A stretch of 64,000 nucleotides of DNA from positions 24,778 to 88,777 of the forward strand of contig CAWCRJ010000008.1 in assembly GCA_963797865.1 (NCBI GenBank), written 5' to 3'. Source of the DNA: an uncultured Actinomycetota bacterium. GTDB taxonomy: Bacteria > Actinomycetota > Actinomycetes > Mycobacteriales > Mycobacteriaceae. The notes beneath the pieces were generated by a model. The model did no database searches and was not told the DNA's origin. It was given only the letters and a program-made list of their open reading frames with translations. Shown in pieces: positions 11,382 to 22,347 of this stretch (position 1 is its first letter; every line of letters starts with the position of its first letter). Made by a program: the position numbers and the translations under genes.

Positions 11382-12887
11382 CTAACCGCCCCGGGCCGCG
11401 ATCATCGCCGAGCGGTTGACCTTGGTTGCCGCCGTGCGGGGGATGGCGTCGACGAACTCGACGGTCTTGGGTGCTTTGTAGGGGGCCAGTCGGCTCTTTG
11501 CGTACTCGATGACCTGCTGTTCGGTCAGCGGCGCGACGCCGTGAGTGTCCGCGAGCTGAACCACCGCGTGCACTCGGCGCCCCCACTGTCGGTCAGCCAG
11601 TCCGATGACCACCACATCGGCGATGCCCGGATGGCCCGCAAGCGCGGACTCGACCTCCGCCGGAAAGACATTGGCGCCACCGGTGACGATCATGTCGACG
11701 CGGCGGTCAACGATGTAGAGGTAACCGTCCTCGTCGAGATGGCCGATGTCGCCCGCGCAGCGGAAGCCGTCCTCCGTCGACGGCAGCGGCGGCGCCCCGC
11801 CCAGATAGCGGTATCCCGCGCTCATCGGCGCCCGCAGGTACACGTCACCGTCCTCGCCGGGCCCAAGCGGTCGTTCGTCGGCGTCCAGGATCCGGATCTC
11901 GGTGTCCCGGAATCCTCGCCCCACGCTGCCCGGATGGGTGAGCCACTCGTCCCCGCGTAAGGCGGTGAGCCCAAGGTTCTCGGTCATGCCGTACGCCGTA
12001 ACGATCTGTTCGGGGCTCAGCAGCTCGAACCAGGTGTGCGCCAGCGACGGCGGCATCACCGCGGCGCCCTGCAGGATGAAGACGATGCTCGACAGGTCTC
12101 GCTGCCGGACGTCGGGCCGGGCCGCAATGCGCGCCAGCATGGTGGGTGTGGCGGTGAAGTTGGTGATCCGATACCGCTCGATCACGTCCAAAACCAATGC
12201 GGCGTCGAACTTTTCGAGAATGACCAGGTGATCGCCGGCCAGCAGGAACAGGAAGGTGGCGAAGCCATTGGTGTGGTACATCGGCGCGGGCACCATGATG
12301 GTCTGGGGCTGGGCCACCGGCGTCCAGTTCGACAGGAACGGTTCGCCCTGCTGTGGGATCCACAGCGACGGCGCCAGGTTGAGGATCACCTTGGGCACAC
12401 CGGTGGACCCGCTGCTGCATATCCCGTTGGCAGTGGGAGAGACGGCTGTGGGGAGCGGGCTTTCCGACTCGCCGTCCGCGCGCGCGTCCAGCTCCCGTCG
12501 GCTCTTTTCGTCCACGACGACGGCGGGATCGATGACCGCCCGCACCCGATCGCGCTCCCATTCGGGCAGATCCCAGTGCATGGGAACGGGAACGGCACCG
12601 ATCTTCCAGCAGCCCAACGTGGCGAGCACAAGATGCCGAGAGTTCGGGATGGCAAGCGCGACAAAAGAACCCGTCTCAGCGCCGCTGGCGGCCAGAGCTC
12701 GTCCCCACTGATTGGCGCGGGCATCGAGTTCGCCGAACGTCAGCGACTCCGCGGCGCCATCGAGCGCGACAATTGTGACGCCTGGATCGTCGCGGCGTTG
12801 TTCAGCGAGCTCGTGCAATTTGGTCGCAAATGGGATTCCCTCGTCGAACGGGTTGGGCGTCACCGCGGCTGCGGGGGATTCGGTCAC
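11382..12887 (-). CDS. Acyl-CoA synthetase (AMP-binding, bile acid-CoA ligase-like)
   Basis: GTG 12887 in GTGA overlap; SSGSTGVPK, YGMTE, GDIGHLDEDGYLYIVDR. Confidence 0.92.
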   Translation of the reverse strand: MTESPAAAVTPNPFDEGIPFATKLHELAEQRRDDPGVTIVALDGAAESLTFGELDARANQWGRALAASGAETGSFVALAIPNSRHLVLATLGCWKIGAVPVPMHWDLPEWERDRVRAVIDPAVVVDEKSRRELDARADGESESPLPTAVSPTANGICSSGSTGVPKVILNLAPSLWIPQQGEPFLSNWTPVAQPQTIMVPAPMYHTNGFATFLFLLAGDHLVILEKFDAALVLDVIERYRITNFTATPTMLARIAARPDVRQRDLSSIVFILQGAAVMPPSLAHTWFELLSPEQIVTAYGMTENLGLTALRGDEWLTHPGSVGRGFRDTEIRILDADERPLGPGEDGDVYLRAPMSAGYRYLGGAPPLPSTEDGFRCAGDIGHLDEDGYLYIVDRRVDMIVTGGANVFPAEVESALAGHPGIADVVVIGLADRQWGRRVHAVVQLADTHGVAPLTEQQVIEYAKSRLAPYKAPKTVEFVDAIPRTAATKVNRSAMIAARGG

Positions 12888-13818
12888 GCCGATACCGGCC
12901 CGCTGAACAGTGTCTCGAATGACCCATCCGACACGCAGGGCATCAGGCGCAGGGCGAGCTCCTCGGTGCCCAGCGGCAACCGCATCAACGGCTGGGTGTG
13001 CCGATCGAGCACGCTGACGTCGGACTCGTCGCAGAAGCCCAAGGCTCCGAGCAATTGGTGGGACGAGCGCATCACCTGTCGGGCAGTGTCGGCGGCCTTG
13101 AGCCGAAGGATCAGGGCGTCCGCCGAATGGATCTGCGCCGGAAATGATTTCGGGCGGCAGATGGTGTACTTCGCGAGTTCGTGCAGTCCACGGACCGCGA
13201 CGGCCGCATCGGCGACGGCGAACCTGACGGCCTGAAAGTCCGCGAGCGGCTTGCCGAACTGAACCCGGGCACGCACATGCCCGGTGACGATCTGCAACGA
13301 TTGCTGCACCGCTCCCAGAATCCGCCATGATCCCAGCACGAGATGAAGGTTAACGTCGGCGGCGGGCACGGTCCCCTCGGGCCCGCTCAACGTGGCCGGG
13401 ACCAGGAAGGGCCCCAGCTTGGCGCCGGTCCGCGGGCCGGTTGAGGCCGGTACCGATTTCCGTCCAGGTCCGCCGCTACCCAGTCGCCGGCCAGATCGCC
13501 GTGGTCGATGCGCGGGGCTTTCGGATTGACCAGGGCCAGGCGCGCGCCGTCAATCGCCAGCAGCTCCTCCACCAAGGGGTAGGGGAGCACGGTGGCGCCG
13601 GCGGCCTGGCACAGCACCGCCGCGGCCAGCAGATCATCCGGGGCCGTGCGCACGTCGAGGTCGAACGCGCCGACATCGTGCAACGCGGCGCGCGCCGCAT
13701 CCCGAATGCCATCGTCGGTCTCGGCACGCAGCGCGGCCGGTGGTCCGCCCAATCGGGTGAGCCGTTTGCCGGCGACGGCGGCGAAGTCGCTGACATCTTG
13801 TGGTAGATCGGTTTTCAC
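12884..13818 (-). pseudogene. Acyl-CoA dehydrogenase, short partner subunit; one frameshift near 13434 (possibly sequencing error)
   Basis: GTG 13818 in GTGA overlap; RVQFGKPLADFQAVRF; frames join at PQPA/RTGAKLGPF. Confidence 0.8.
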
Positions 13819-14970
13819 CTGTGTTCTCCCAGTACGTCTCGTGCCACCAGCATGCGCTGCACCTCGATGGTGCCCGATGCGACGGTGGCCGCTTGCGCGT
13901 AACGCCAGTGGTCTTCGACAGCTCCGTGCAGTGCCGCGGAGCTTCCGCTGTCCAGCGCCGTCGGGCCCAGCACGTCGAACAGCAGCTCGGCGACCAGTTG
14001 GTCGCACGTCGTGGTGATGATGCGCGCCGCACTGGCGGCCGCGCCCGCCGCCGGGTCGTCCTGCAGTGATACGGCGCGATAGGCCAGCAAGCGGGCGACC
14101 CGTAGATCCACGAGTGCCCGCACCCATCGGGTGCGGATCGTTTCGTGCAGTTGATCCCAGTCATCGCCGAGTTGGGCGCGCATCCGTCGAGCAGCGATTC
14201 ACAGCGCGCGTAGCGCGCGATGCCCACTCGCTCAAAGGCCAGGGCTTCACGCATCACCCGCCATCCGTCGCCGACCTCGCCGAGCACATCGCCGGGAAAC
14301 GCTTGGACGTCGTCCAGGAACATCTCGTTCAGGTGGTGCGGTCCCAGCATCGACGGGATCGGTCGGACGGTGAAGCCGGCCCGGTCCATCGGAATGAGAA
14401 ACAGGGTGAGCCGCTTGTGTTTCGGAGCCTCGGGCTCGGTGCACGCCGCCAACACGCACCACGAGGCCATCAACGCGTAGGACGTCCACACCTTCTGGCC
14501 GGTGATGCGCCACCCGTCACCGTCGGCAACGGCTCGGGTGCGCAACGACACCAGGTCGGTTCCGGCCTCCGGCTCGGAAAAACCCTGGCACCAGATCACG
14601 TCTCCGGCCGCGATGGCCGCCAGGTGCTTGGCCTTCTGTTCGGCCGTCCCGTACCGCATCAGCGCGGGCCCGACCCAGTTGATGCCCATGTACTGCGGAC
14701 CGCGCGGCTCGTGCTGGGCCCACATCTCTTCACGCAGCACCGTCTGCTGCCAGACCGAACCACCGCCGCCGCCATGCTCTTTCGGCCATGCCAGCGCCAG
14801 CAGCCCCTCGGTCGCCAGCAATTTGCAGAAAGTCTCGGTGGTGGCGAGGTCTGCGGGTTCTCGGTGCACGCACCCAAAAAGTCGGCCGGGATGTGGTTGG
14901 TAACCAGCTCGCGCAGGTGGGTGCGCAATTGCCCGGCGTCGTCGCCGAGGTCGTAATCCATAGTGGTCAT
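13815..14970 (-). pseudogene. Acyl-CoA dehydrogenase; frameshifts near 14852 and 14187 (possibly sequencing errors)
   Basis: WCQGFSEPEAGTDL, GQKVWTS, ASGTIEVQR; restoring one base at each site gives a continuous ACAD. Confidence 0.85.
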
Positions 14971-16073
14971 CCCTTCGGCAGCCCGAGCAGCCGCTCGGCG
15001 ATGATGTTGCGCTGAACCTCCGACGTCCCGCCGTAGATCGTCGCGGCCAACGCGTCCTGACGTTCGAACAGTAGATCCGGATCGGTGGCCGAATCGGGGC
15101 CCGCGGCGGCCGCGCTCAGTTCCCAAACACGCTGCAAGGTGAGCGATCCGAGTAGCTTCATGGTGTCGGCTTCCGGGCTGGGGCGTCCCGCGAGTTCGTT
15201 GCCCAAAGCGCGATATCCGGTGGCCCGCAACGCTTCAGCGTCCGCCAACAGCGAACCCAGTTCGGCGTACACGTCCTGGCTCGAGCCCGCGGCCCCAGCA
15301 TCGCGCACCGAGTCGAGTCCGCGTGTGATCTCGACCCAGTTCATGATCCAGATCATCTGACGCTCATAGTGCAACGACGACAGGGCGACGGTCCAACCGC
15401 CGTTGAGCGGCCCCAGCAGATTTTCGGCAGGCACCTCGACGTCGTCGAGGAAGACCTCGCAGAACGTCTCGTCGGATATCGACGCCATCCGGATGGGCTC
15501 GATCCTGACCCCGGGCGATTGCAGATCGAGGATCAGGCAGGAGATGCCGCGGTGTTTCGGGGCTTCAGGATCCGTGCGGGCATACAGGGTGCACCACCGC
15601 GACTCGTGTGCCTGGGTGGTCCAGATCTTGTGGCCGTTGACCCGGAACACATCGCCGTTGCGTTCCGCGCGGGTCCGCAGACCGGCGAAGTCCGACCCGG
15701 CTTCGGGCTCGGACATGCCCAGCGCCCACCACTCGTCCCCGCGCAGCAGCGGAACGAGCAGACGCTCGATCTGGGCGGGCGTGCCGAATTGGCGAATGCC
15801 GGGCGCGGCCACCCCGGGACCCTGAATGTTGGGCAGCTTGGGTGCGGACCGCAGCGCCGCCTCGATCCGGACTTCCATGGCGTCGCGCAAGCCCAGCGAT
15901 CGGCCGCCGTGCTCGCGGGGCCAGGTGGGCTGCAGCCATCCGGCCTCGAACGAGGCCCGCTGGTAGTCGCGCCGTAACCCCAGGTCCCAGCGGTACTGCC
16001 GATAATTCGCGTAGTAGTCGTCGGGCAGGAACCCCGCCAGCCACGCGCCGAATTCCGCCACGGCCGGGTTCAC
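14967..16073 (-). CDS. Acyl-CoA dehydrogenase
   Basis: GTG 16073 in GTGA overlap; WALGMSEPEAGSDFA, NGHKIWTT, IYGGTSEVQRNIIAERLLGLP. Confidence 0.92.
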   Translation of the reverse strand: MNPAVAEFGAWLAGFLPDDYYANYRQYRWDLGLRRDYQRASFEAGWLQPTWPREHGGRSLGLRDAMEVRIEAALRSAPKLPNIQGPGVAAPGIRQFGTPAQIERLLVPLLRGDEWWALGMSEPEAGSDFAGLRTRAERNGDVFRVNGHKIWTTQAHESRWCTLYARTDPEAPKHRGISCLILDLQSPGVRIEPIRMASISDETFCEVFLDDVEVPAENLLGPLNGGWTVALSSLHYERQMIWIMNWVEITRGLDSVRDAGAAGSSQDVYAELGSLLADAEALRATGYRALGNELAGRPSPEADTMKLLGSLTLQRVWELSAAAAGPDSATDPDLLFERQDALAATIYGGTSEVQRNIIAERLLGLPKG

Positions 16074-17151
16074 GCGGCACCCCCGCAGAATCGGCGGCCC
16101 ACCTCGTAATACAGGGAGCGGCTGTCGCCCAGCATGGCGGCGCCCTGCCAGGCGCGCCTGACATAGAGGTGCGCGTCGTGTTCCCAGGTCTGCCCCAGGG
16201 CGCCGTGCACCTGGACCGCGGTGCGCGTACAACCGATTGCCGCGTCGTTGGCCGCCGCTTTGGCCAGCGCCGCGGCAGTCCACACCTCGGTCGGGAGCGT
16301 GGTCGCGTCGGCGAGCCGTGCCGCCGCGGCGTAGGTCAGGCTGCGGGCGCGTTCGACGCTGACGTAGTTGTCGGCCAGTGCGTGTTTGATGCCCTGGAAC
16401 GCGCCGATCGGCTGGCCGAACTGGCGCCGTGATTTCGCGTACTCGACCGAGCGGTGCAACGCGGCGCTCGCCACGCCGAGGAGGTCGGCGGCCGAGGCCA
16501 CCCAGGGAGCCGTCAGTGCCGATTCGAGGTCGACCGGTGCAACCGCCAATGGGTTCGGCATCGATCTCGACGCCGGCCAACGGCTGCGCGGGATCGGTGG
16601 ATTCGGCCGCGGGCATCACGGTAACCCCATCGCCGCAGCGGGCGACCGCCGCCACGGTCCCACCCTCGTCCGAGTGGGCCAGCGTGACGACGAGCTCCGC
16701 GCGCGACAGGTTGGGGACGGCAACAGCCGTGCCGCGCAGCCGTCCCTGACGCAGAGTCATCGGAGCCCCGGGCAGTCGCGAACCTTCAGGAGTGCACGGC
16801 CAGGGTGGCCACCACACCACCCGCAATGTCGGTCAGCACCGAGTCGAGCCCACTGTTGCGCAACACACCCGCGGCCAGACCAACGCTGCCCAGCAACGGA
16901 ATTGGCGCGATGGCCGCACCGCACTCCTCGAGTACCACCGCCAGCTCGACCGGTCCGTAGTCGGCGGCTCCTTCCTCTGAGGGGGCGGCGAGCTCGGTCC
17001 AGCCGAGATCGACGACCGTCTTCCACAGAGTGCGCCAGCGCTCCGGATCGGTGATCGCTTGACGTGCGGCGTCGGGTGGGCACTCCGTACGTAATATGTC
17101 GCGTACGGTGTCGCGCAGCGACAGCTGCTCCGAGTTCAGTCCGACATCCAT
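16070..17151 (-). pseudogene. Acyl-CoA dehydrogenase partner subunit; frameshifts near 16788 and 16548 (possibly sequencing errors)
   Basis: ATG 17151 MDVGLNSEQ; C-terminal RRQFGQPIGAFQGIKHALAD and QVHGALGQTWEHD. Confidence 0.85.
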
Positions 17152-17158
17152 AAGACCT

Positions 17159-17167
17159 CTAACATAG
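17159..17167. promoter_or_regulatory. Shared island operator motif, copy 1
   Basis: CTAACATAG in the AT-rich divergent promoter region. Confidence 0.6.
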
Positions 17168-17227
17168 TAAAGATAATAAACTAGCCGTGCCGTCGCAATC
17201 GCACGGATCCCGACGCATAGGTGGCGC

Positions 17228-18088
17228 ATGGCCGAGTGGTATCTGTTCCTGCCGCAGGTGAGATTGTCGGCGGCCGACATCGTGGACCGGGCACGTCACG
17301 CCGAGGCCAGCGGCTTCGACGGAATCGCCTTCATCGATCACCTCGAGGCCCCCGGGCTGCCCGACGAAAGCATCTGGGAGGCAATGGGCATTGCCACCTG
17401 GGTGGCGGCCAAGACCGAGCGGCTGCGGATCGGTCATCTGGTGCTGTGTGACGCGTTTCGGCATCCGGCCCTGCTCGCCAAACAAGCCGTCACCTTGTCG
17501 GAGGCGTCGGAGGGCAGGTTCGAGCTCGGCCTCGGCGCGGGCTCGTGGCCGTCGGAATTCGCGAGATTCGATGTCGGCCAAAAGGATCCGCGGGCCAGGG
17601 TCGATCAACTCGGTCGCGACCTGGAACTGATCAGGCAGTACTGGGGCGACGGCGACCAGCGATCCGGCCCCGCTCCGCAAGCTCCGCGTAGGTCGTACCC
17701 GATACCGCTGGTTCTGGGTGGGAGCGGACCCAAGATGATGGAACTCGTTCGCAGATACGCGGATTGGTGGAATCTGCCGGCGAACCAGCTCGACAGGCTG
17801 CCGAAGCTCACCCCGGCCGCGGGGACGGCCCGGATGTCGATTCAGCAGATGGTGGGCTTCGTGCGGTCGGGCAGCGACCCCGACACCGTGCGCGAGGTGA
17901 GCGCCCGTCGATTCGGCAATCTCGGGTCCGGGCTGGTCTGCGGCGATGCCGACGAGCTGATCGGGCACTTCAGCGGTTTGGCCGCCCAGCGGGTCGAGCG
18001 GTTCTACGTATGGTTCGCCGACTTCGCCGCCCCGGACTCCCTGCACGAGTTCGGCGAATCGGTGATCAAAGCCTTCCCGGCGACGTAG
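17228..18088 (+). CDS. LLM-class flavin (possibly F420)-dependent oxidoreductase
   Basis: AEASGFD...DH, RLRIGHLVLC, GRFELGLGAG, VRRYADWWN. Confidence 0.9.
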   Translation: MAEWYLFLPQVRLSAADIVDRARHAEASGFDGIAFIDHLEAPGLPDESIWEAMGIATWVAAKTERLRIGHLVLCDAFRHPALLAKQAVTLSEASEGRFELGLGAGSWPSEFARFDVGQKDPRARVDQLGRDLELIRQYWGDGDQRSGPAPQAPRRSYPIPLVLGGSGPKMMELVRRYADWWNLPANQLDRLPKLTPAAGTARMSIQQMVGFVRSGSDPDTVREVSARRFGNLGSGLVCGDADELIGHFSGLAAQRVERFYVWFADFAAPDSLHEFGESVIKAFPAT

Positions 18089-18091
18089 GCC

Positions 18092-18807
18092 TCAGCCCCG
18101 TTGCGCGCGGCGCCGGGCTTCGGTGGGAACGACCGGCGGTCGCGCGAAGGGGCCGCGCTTCACGGCCGACAGCCGGATCTCCGGCAGATCGACCGATGGG
18201 TCGACGGTGTCCAGCCAGGCAACCGTCTCGGCGACGTCCGACACCTGGATGGCGTACATCTCGAAGGGAACGTCCTGCAGCATCTCGGTGGCCACCGGTC
18301 CCGGCGTGACGATGTGCACGCTGATGCCGTCGCGGTCGACTTCGAGCGCCAAGGCTCGAGCGAACGCATTCATGCCGGCTTTCGAGGCGGAGTATGCGGT
18401 GCGGGCCGGCATCGGCTCGTGTGCCGCCGACGACGAAATGAACACCAGTCGCGAGCCCGCTGTCATTTTCGGCAGCACCGCAGAGGTCACCACGAAGCAC
18501 GAATCCAGGTTGGCCGACATGATGGCTTGCCACTGCTCGAAGGTCTGCTTGCGCGCGTAGGTTCCGCCGAGCGCGCCGGCCGCGTGAACAACGAGGTCGA
18601 TTCTCTCCAATGTGTCTATCGCAGCGGCGAATCCGCCGGGTCAGACGCGTCGGCCGCGATGTGGCGGGCACCGATCTCCTCGGCGGCCGCGCGTAGCGGG
18701 GCCTCGCGGCGCGCCGAGAGCACCACGTCATAACCGCGCTCAACCAGCTTGCGGGCACATCCTTTTCCGATCCCGCCGCTTCCGCCGGTGACCAATGCGG
18801 TTCGCAT
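18092..18807 (-). pseudogene. Short-chain dehydrogenase/reductase; frameshift near 18633 (possibly sequencing error)
   Basis: MRTALVTGGSGGIG; catalytic YSASK; frames join at DPA/GFAAAIDTLERID. Confidence 0.85.
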
Positions 18808-18826
18808 GACCGTTGCAGGCCGCTCT

Positions 18827-19650
18827 TCAGGAGTGCCGAATATCCCGCGGCCGCGACAACGCCTGCGGGGAGAGCGCATAGATGCGTTGATCGTGCTGAC
18901 CGGAGAGCACATAGGTCTGCGTGTCGGCCAGATGGCGACCCGCGATGCGGCGGGCCCGGTCGACGTTGCCCTCGGCGATCGTCTCGGTCAGCTTGATGTG
19001 CGTGCTGAGCACGGCGCGGCGCTGGGTAAGCGACGGGTAGGTGCCACGCGACGCGCTCTCGTCGGCCCACTGCCGTTCGTGACTGCGTCCACAGCGTCTC
19101 CAGGCTGCCCGACGACCGCGATGATCGTGTGATTGCCGCAGCCGCGGACGACGAGATCATGGAATTCGCGTCCGATTTCGGTGAAAAGCCGTCCGTCATC
19201 CAGGTTTTCGGCCATTGACTCGTTGATCCGCGTGAGTTCGGGCACCAGGGTGTCCGCCCGGTCCGGCCGGCGGGCGGCCAGTGCGGCGCAGGCTGGTTCG
19301 AGTTCCTGCAGGGCCATGCCGAGGTCGGCGAGCTCGACGGACTCGCTCTGCAGCAACAAACCGAGCATGTAGGCGGCGCTGGTCTTCGCCGGGGCGTGGA
19401 CGACGGCACCACCACGGTTGCCGCGCCGCACCGAAACCAGCCCTTCGGTCTCCAGGATCCGCAGGGCTTCGCGCAGCGAGACCAAGCTCACGTTGAACTG
19501 TTCGACGAGCACCTCTTGGCGCGGCAAGAGATCACCGTCCGCGAGTTCGCCGCCGATGATCTGACGGCGCAAATCGTCGGCTACGATTTCGGCGATCCGC
19601 GGCGCCGACAACCGGCGCCGGGCGTCGGGGCCAATTCCCAAGGCGGTCAT
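18827..19650 (-). pseudogene. GntR/FadR (FCD) transcriptional regulator; two +1 shifts near 19108 and 19085 (possibly sequencing errors)
   Basis: GDLLP-QEVLVEQFNVS...LREAL wHTH; FHDLV...GN FCD; corrected read VGSLETLWTSHERQW. Confidence 0.85.
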
Positions 19651-19683
19651 CCGATCCTCGAAACACTTGCAACTCGCTGGCTT

Positions 19684-19714
19684 AGCTATTTTAGCAGTAA
19701 TGGTATAAATAGCT
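19684..19714. promoter_or_regulatory. Shared island operator motif, copy 2, inside an inverted repeat
   Basis: CTATTTTAG (19686-19694, reverse of CTAAAATAG); IR AGCTATTT-N15-AAATAGCT. Confidence 0.6.
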
Positions 19715-19744
19715 TCTCTGGTCGCATGTCGATCGGAAGGGCGG

Positions 19745-22138
19745 GTGCAATTGAGCGAGCGGTCCGAAAGCCGGCCGACACCGCTACACGATTTGCGTGT
19801 CGTCGAGATCAGTGACCGGATAGCGGGCAGCTACTGCGGGAAGCTGCTGCGCGACGCCGGCGCCCAGGTGCACAAAATCGAACCGCCACAAGGGGATTGG
19901 CTACGACGGTATTCCGCCAGTGGATCCTCGATCCCCGAGGAACACAGCGCACCGTTTTTCAGTTACCTCAACGCGGGCAAGCGCAGCATGACTTTGGCTG
20001 CAGGCTCACCGCGCTACCGCGAGGAATTGGCCGGCGCCGACGTCGTCGTCGTGACCGCCGGGCGGACGCGCGCCGCGGCGCTCGGCGTCGACCCCCAACA
20101 ACTGCTGGAACACTCGCCGCGCGCGATCATCGTCACCATCTCTGACTTCGGCTGGACCGGTCCCTACGCAGACCGCGCAGCCACCGAGTTCACCTTGCAG
20201 GCGTGGGCGGGGTCGCCCGGCTTCCGCGGTGATCCCGCCGGGCCGCCGATCTCGATCGGTGGCGATCTCGGCGAATACATGGGTGGCGTGTTCGCCGCGT
20301 TCGGCGTACTGGCACTGCGCCGCCGCGTCGAGCGGGGCGGGCCCGGCGAACACCTGGACCTGTCCATGCTGGAAGCGATAACCACGATGCAGAGCAGCGA
20401 ATGGCTGCATTCACAGCTGCTGCGCGTCCCGCCGATCCGGCGCACCACCGAAGTGCCGTCGATCGAACCCGCTAAGGACGGGTACGTCGGGATCACCATG
20501 GTCACCGGTCAGCAGTGGCTCGACTTCGCCGCGATGGTCGAATGTCCGCAACTAGAGGAGATCGAACAACTGCGGTTTCAAATCGGCCGGTGGCAATACC
20601 GCGACCTGATCCGCGAGCAGATCCACCCGTGGCTGGCGGAACGGACCGTCGCCGAAATCGTCGAACTCGGACAACTGTTTCGGCTGCCGATCGCCGCGCT
20701 GGGCAACGGCTCCACCATCCGGGAGCTGGAATACGTGCGCGAGCGGGAGGTCTTCACCCGCAACCCCGCCGGGTTCGATCAGCCCCGGCCGCCCTGGCTG
20801 ATGTCGGTGTGTGCGCCCGCGCCCGTGGGTGACACGCCCCATCTCGGTGAAGCTGACGACGAATTCCTTTGGCGTCGTGAGGAACCCGAGACCGAACCGG
20901 CTTCGGACGGTCCACCGCTCGCCGGTGTGCGCATTGTCGACCTGACCGCGTTCTGGGCCGGCCCCGCCGCAACCCACCTACTGGCCGCCTTCGGCGCCGA
21001 CGTGGTCAAGATCGAGTCGATCCAGCGTCCCGATGGCATCCGATACTCGGGCGGGATGCGCACCGACGTGGACGACTGGTGGGAGTACGGCTGGGTTTTC
21101 CACGCAATGAACACCAACAAGCGCTCGGTGACACTGGATTTGGGATCCGAGCGGGGTCGTCGTCTGTTCACCGAGCTGGTCGCCGGCGCCGACGTCGTGA
21201 TCGAGAACTTCTCGCCGCGGGTGATGGAGCAATTCGGGCTCACCGACGACGTGCTGCGCAAGGCCAACCCGAAACTCGTGTTCGCCCGGATGCCCGCGTT
21301 CGGCGTGGAGGGGCCTTGGCGGGAACGCGTCGGGTTCGCCCCCACCATGGAACAGATCGCGGGCCTGGCCTGGGTGACCGGTCTGCCGGAGGCGCCGCCG
21401 GTGACACCGCGCGGGGCCTGTGACCCGCTGGCCGGTGTGCACGCCGCGTTCGCCGTGCTGGCCGCGCTGAACTTTGCCGAACGCACCGGGACGGGTCAAC
21501 TGGTCGAGCTGCCGATGCTCGAAACCGTGCTCAACGCCACCGCGATCCAGGCGATCGAGTCCGAGGTTTTCGGGGTGACGCTGAGCCGTCGCGGCAACCG
21601 CGGTCACAGCGCGGCCATCCAGAACATCTACCGGTGTGCCGGATCGGACGACTGGATCGCGATCACCGTTCGCGACGATGCGCAGTGGCAGGCGTTGGTG
21701 GACCAGATGGGGCGACCAGCGTGGTGCGACGACGAGGAGCTGTCCACCATCACCGGACGCCACAGTCGAGGCGACGAAATCGATCGCGGGCTGGCGGATT
21801 GGTTCGCCGGGCAACCACTTGACCCGACGGTGGAGCGACTGGCCGGCGCGGGTGTTCCCGCGGCTCCGGTGGTGTCGCCGTCGCTGGTCACCGACAACCC
21901 GCAGCTGCGCGAGCGCGGCTTTTTCGAGCCGTTGCATCATGCAACTACCGGACTCGGCCTGTACCCGTGCCCGCCGTTCGCACGGCTCGACGGCCAGGAC
22001 AGATGGCTGTTGCGCCCGCCGCCGAGGCTGGGCGAGCACAATGAGGAGATCCTGCGCGATCGGTGCAGGCTGACCGACGAAGAACTGACACGCCTCGCGA
22101 CCGGCGGGGTGATCGGGACCCGACCCAAGGGCCTGTGA
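19745..22138 (+). CDS. Double-length CaiB/BaiF family III CoA-transferase (two fused domains)
   Basis: Two repeats LHDLRVVEI..LNAGKRS and LAGVRIVDL..MNTNKRS; PPPRLGEHN end; start is 19745 or 19751. Confidence 0.92.
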   Translation: MQLSERSESRPTPLHDLRVVEISDRIAGSYCGKLLRDAGAQVHKIEPPQGDWLRRYSASGSSIPEEHSAPFFSYLNAGKRSMTLAAGSPRYREELAGADVVVVTAGRTRAAALGVDPQQLLEHSPRAIIVTISDFGWTGPYADRAATEFTLQAWAGSPGFRGDPAGPPISIGGDLGEYMGGVFAAFGVLALRRRVERGGPGEHLDLSMLEAITTMQSSEWLHSQLLRVPPIRRTTEVPSIEPAKDGYVGITMVTGQQWLDFAAMVECPQLEEIEQLRFQIGRWQYRDLIREQIHPWLAERTVAEIVELGQLFRLPIAALGNGSTIRELEYVREREVFTRNPAGFDQPRPPWLMSVCAPAPVGDTPHLGEADDEFLWRREEPETEPASDGPPLAGVRIVDLTAFWAGPAATHLLAAFGADVVKIESIQRPDGIRYSGGMRTDVDDWWEYGWVFHAMNTNKRSVTLDLGSERGRRLFTELVAGADVVIENFSPRVMEQFGLTDDVLRKANPKLVFARMPAFGVEGPWRERVGFAPTMEQIAGLAWVTGLPEAPPVTPRGACDPLAGVHAAFAVLAALNFAERTGTGQLVELPMLETVLNATAIQAIESEVFGVTLSRRGNRGHSAAIQNIYRCAGSDDWIAITVRDDAQWQALVDQMGRPAWCDDEELSTITGRHSRGDEIDRGLADWFAGQPLDPTVERLAGAGVPAAPVVSPSLVTDNPQLRERGFFEPLHHATTGLGLYPCPPFARLDGQDRWLLRPPPRLGEHNEEILRDRCRLTDEELTRLATGGVIGTRPKGL

Positions 22139-22155
22139 GAAGTGGAGGGCATCCA

Positions 22156-22347
22156 ATGCGCGTAACGGTCGATGAGAACTTGTGTGAGGCCAACGGTTTC
22201 TGCGAATCGCTTGCGGCGGAAGTGTTCGAGCTGGGTGACGAAGACGTGGTACAGATCGCGGACGGCCCCGTGCCGCCGCGGCTGGAGATCGACGTGCGCG
22301 CCGCGGTGGACCAATGTCCCAAGGCCGCGTTGCGGTTGCAGGACTGA
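22156..22347 (+). CDS. [3Fe-4S]-type ferredoxin (FdxD-like, CxxNxxC...CP)
   Basis: GGAGG RBS; CEANGFC and CPKAAL. Confidence 0.92.
   Translation: MRVTVDENLCEANGFCESLAAEVFELGDEDVVQIADGPVPPRLEIDVRAAVDQCPKAALRLQD

Noticed and set aside
12888-13328. 147-aa N-terminal extension of the CoA ligase
   Set aside because: Lies out of frame within the upstream ACAD; the coupled start is at 12887
14967-16826. 619-aa ORF suggesting an ACAD fusion
   Set aside because: Produced by frameshifts in the upstream ACAD; the real gene starts at GTG 16073 in a GTGA overlap
12884-19650. Programmed ribosomal frameshifting as an explanation for the split genes
   Set aside because: No shared slippery sequence or stimulatory structure; mixed +1 and -1 shifts
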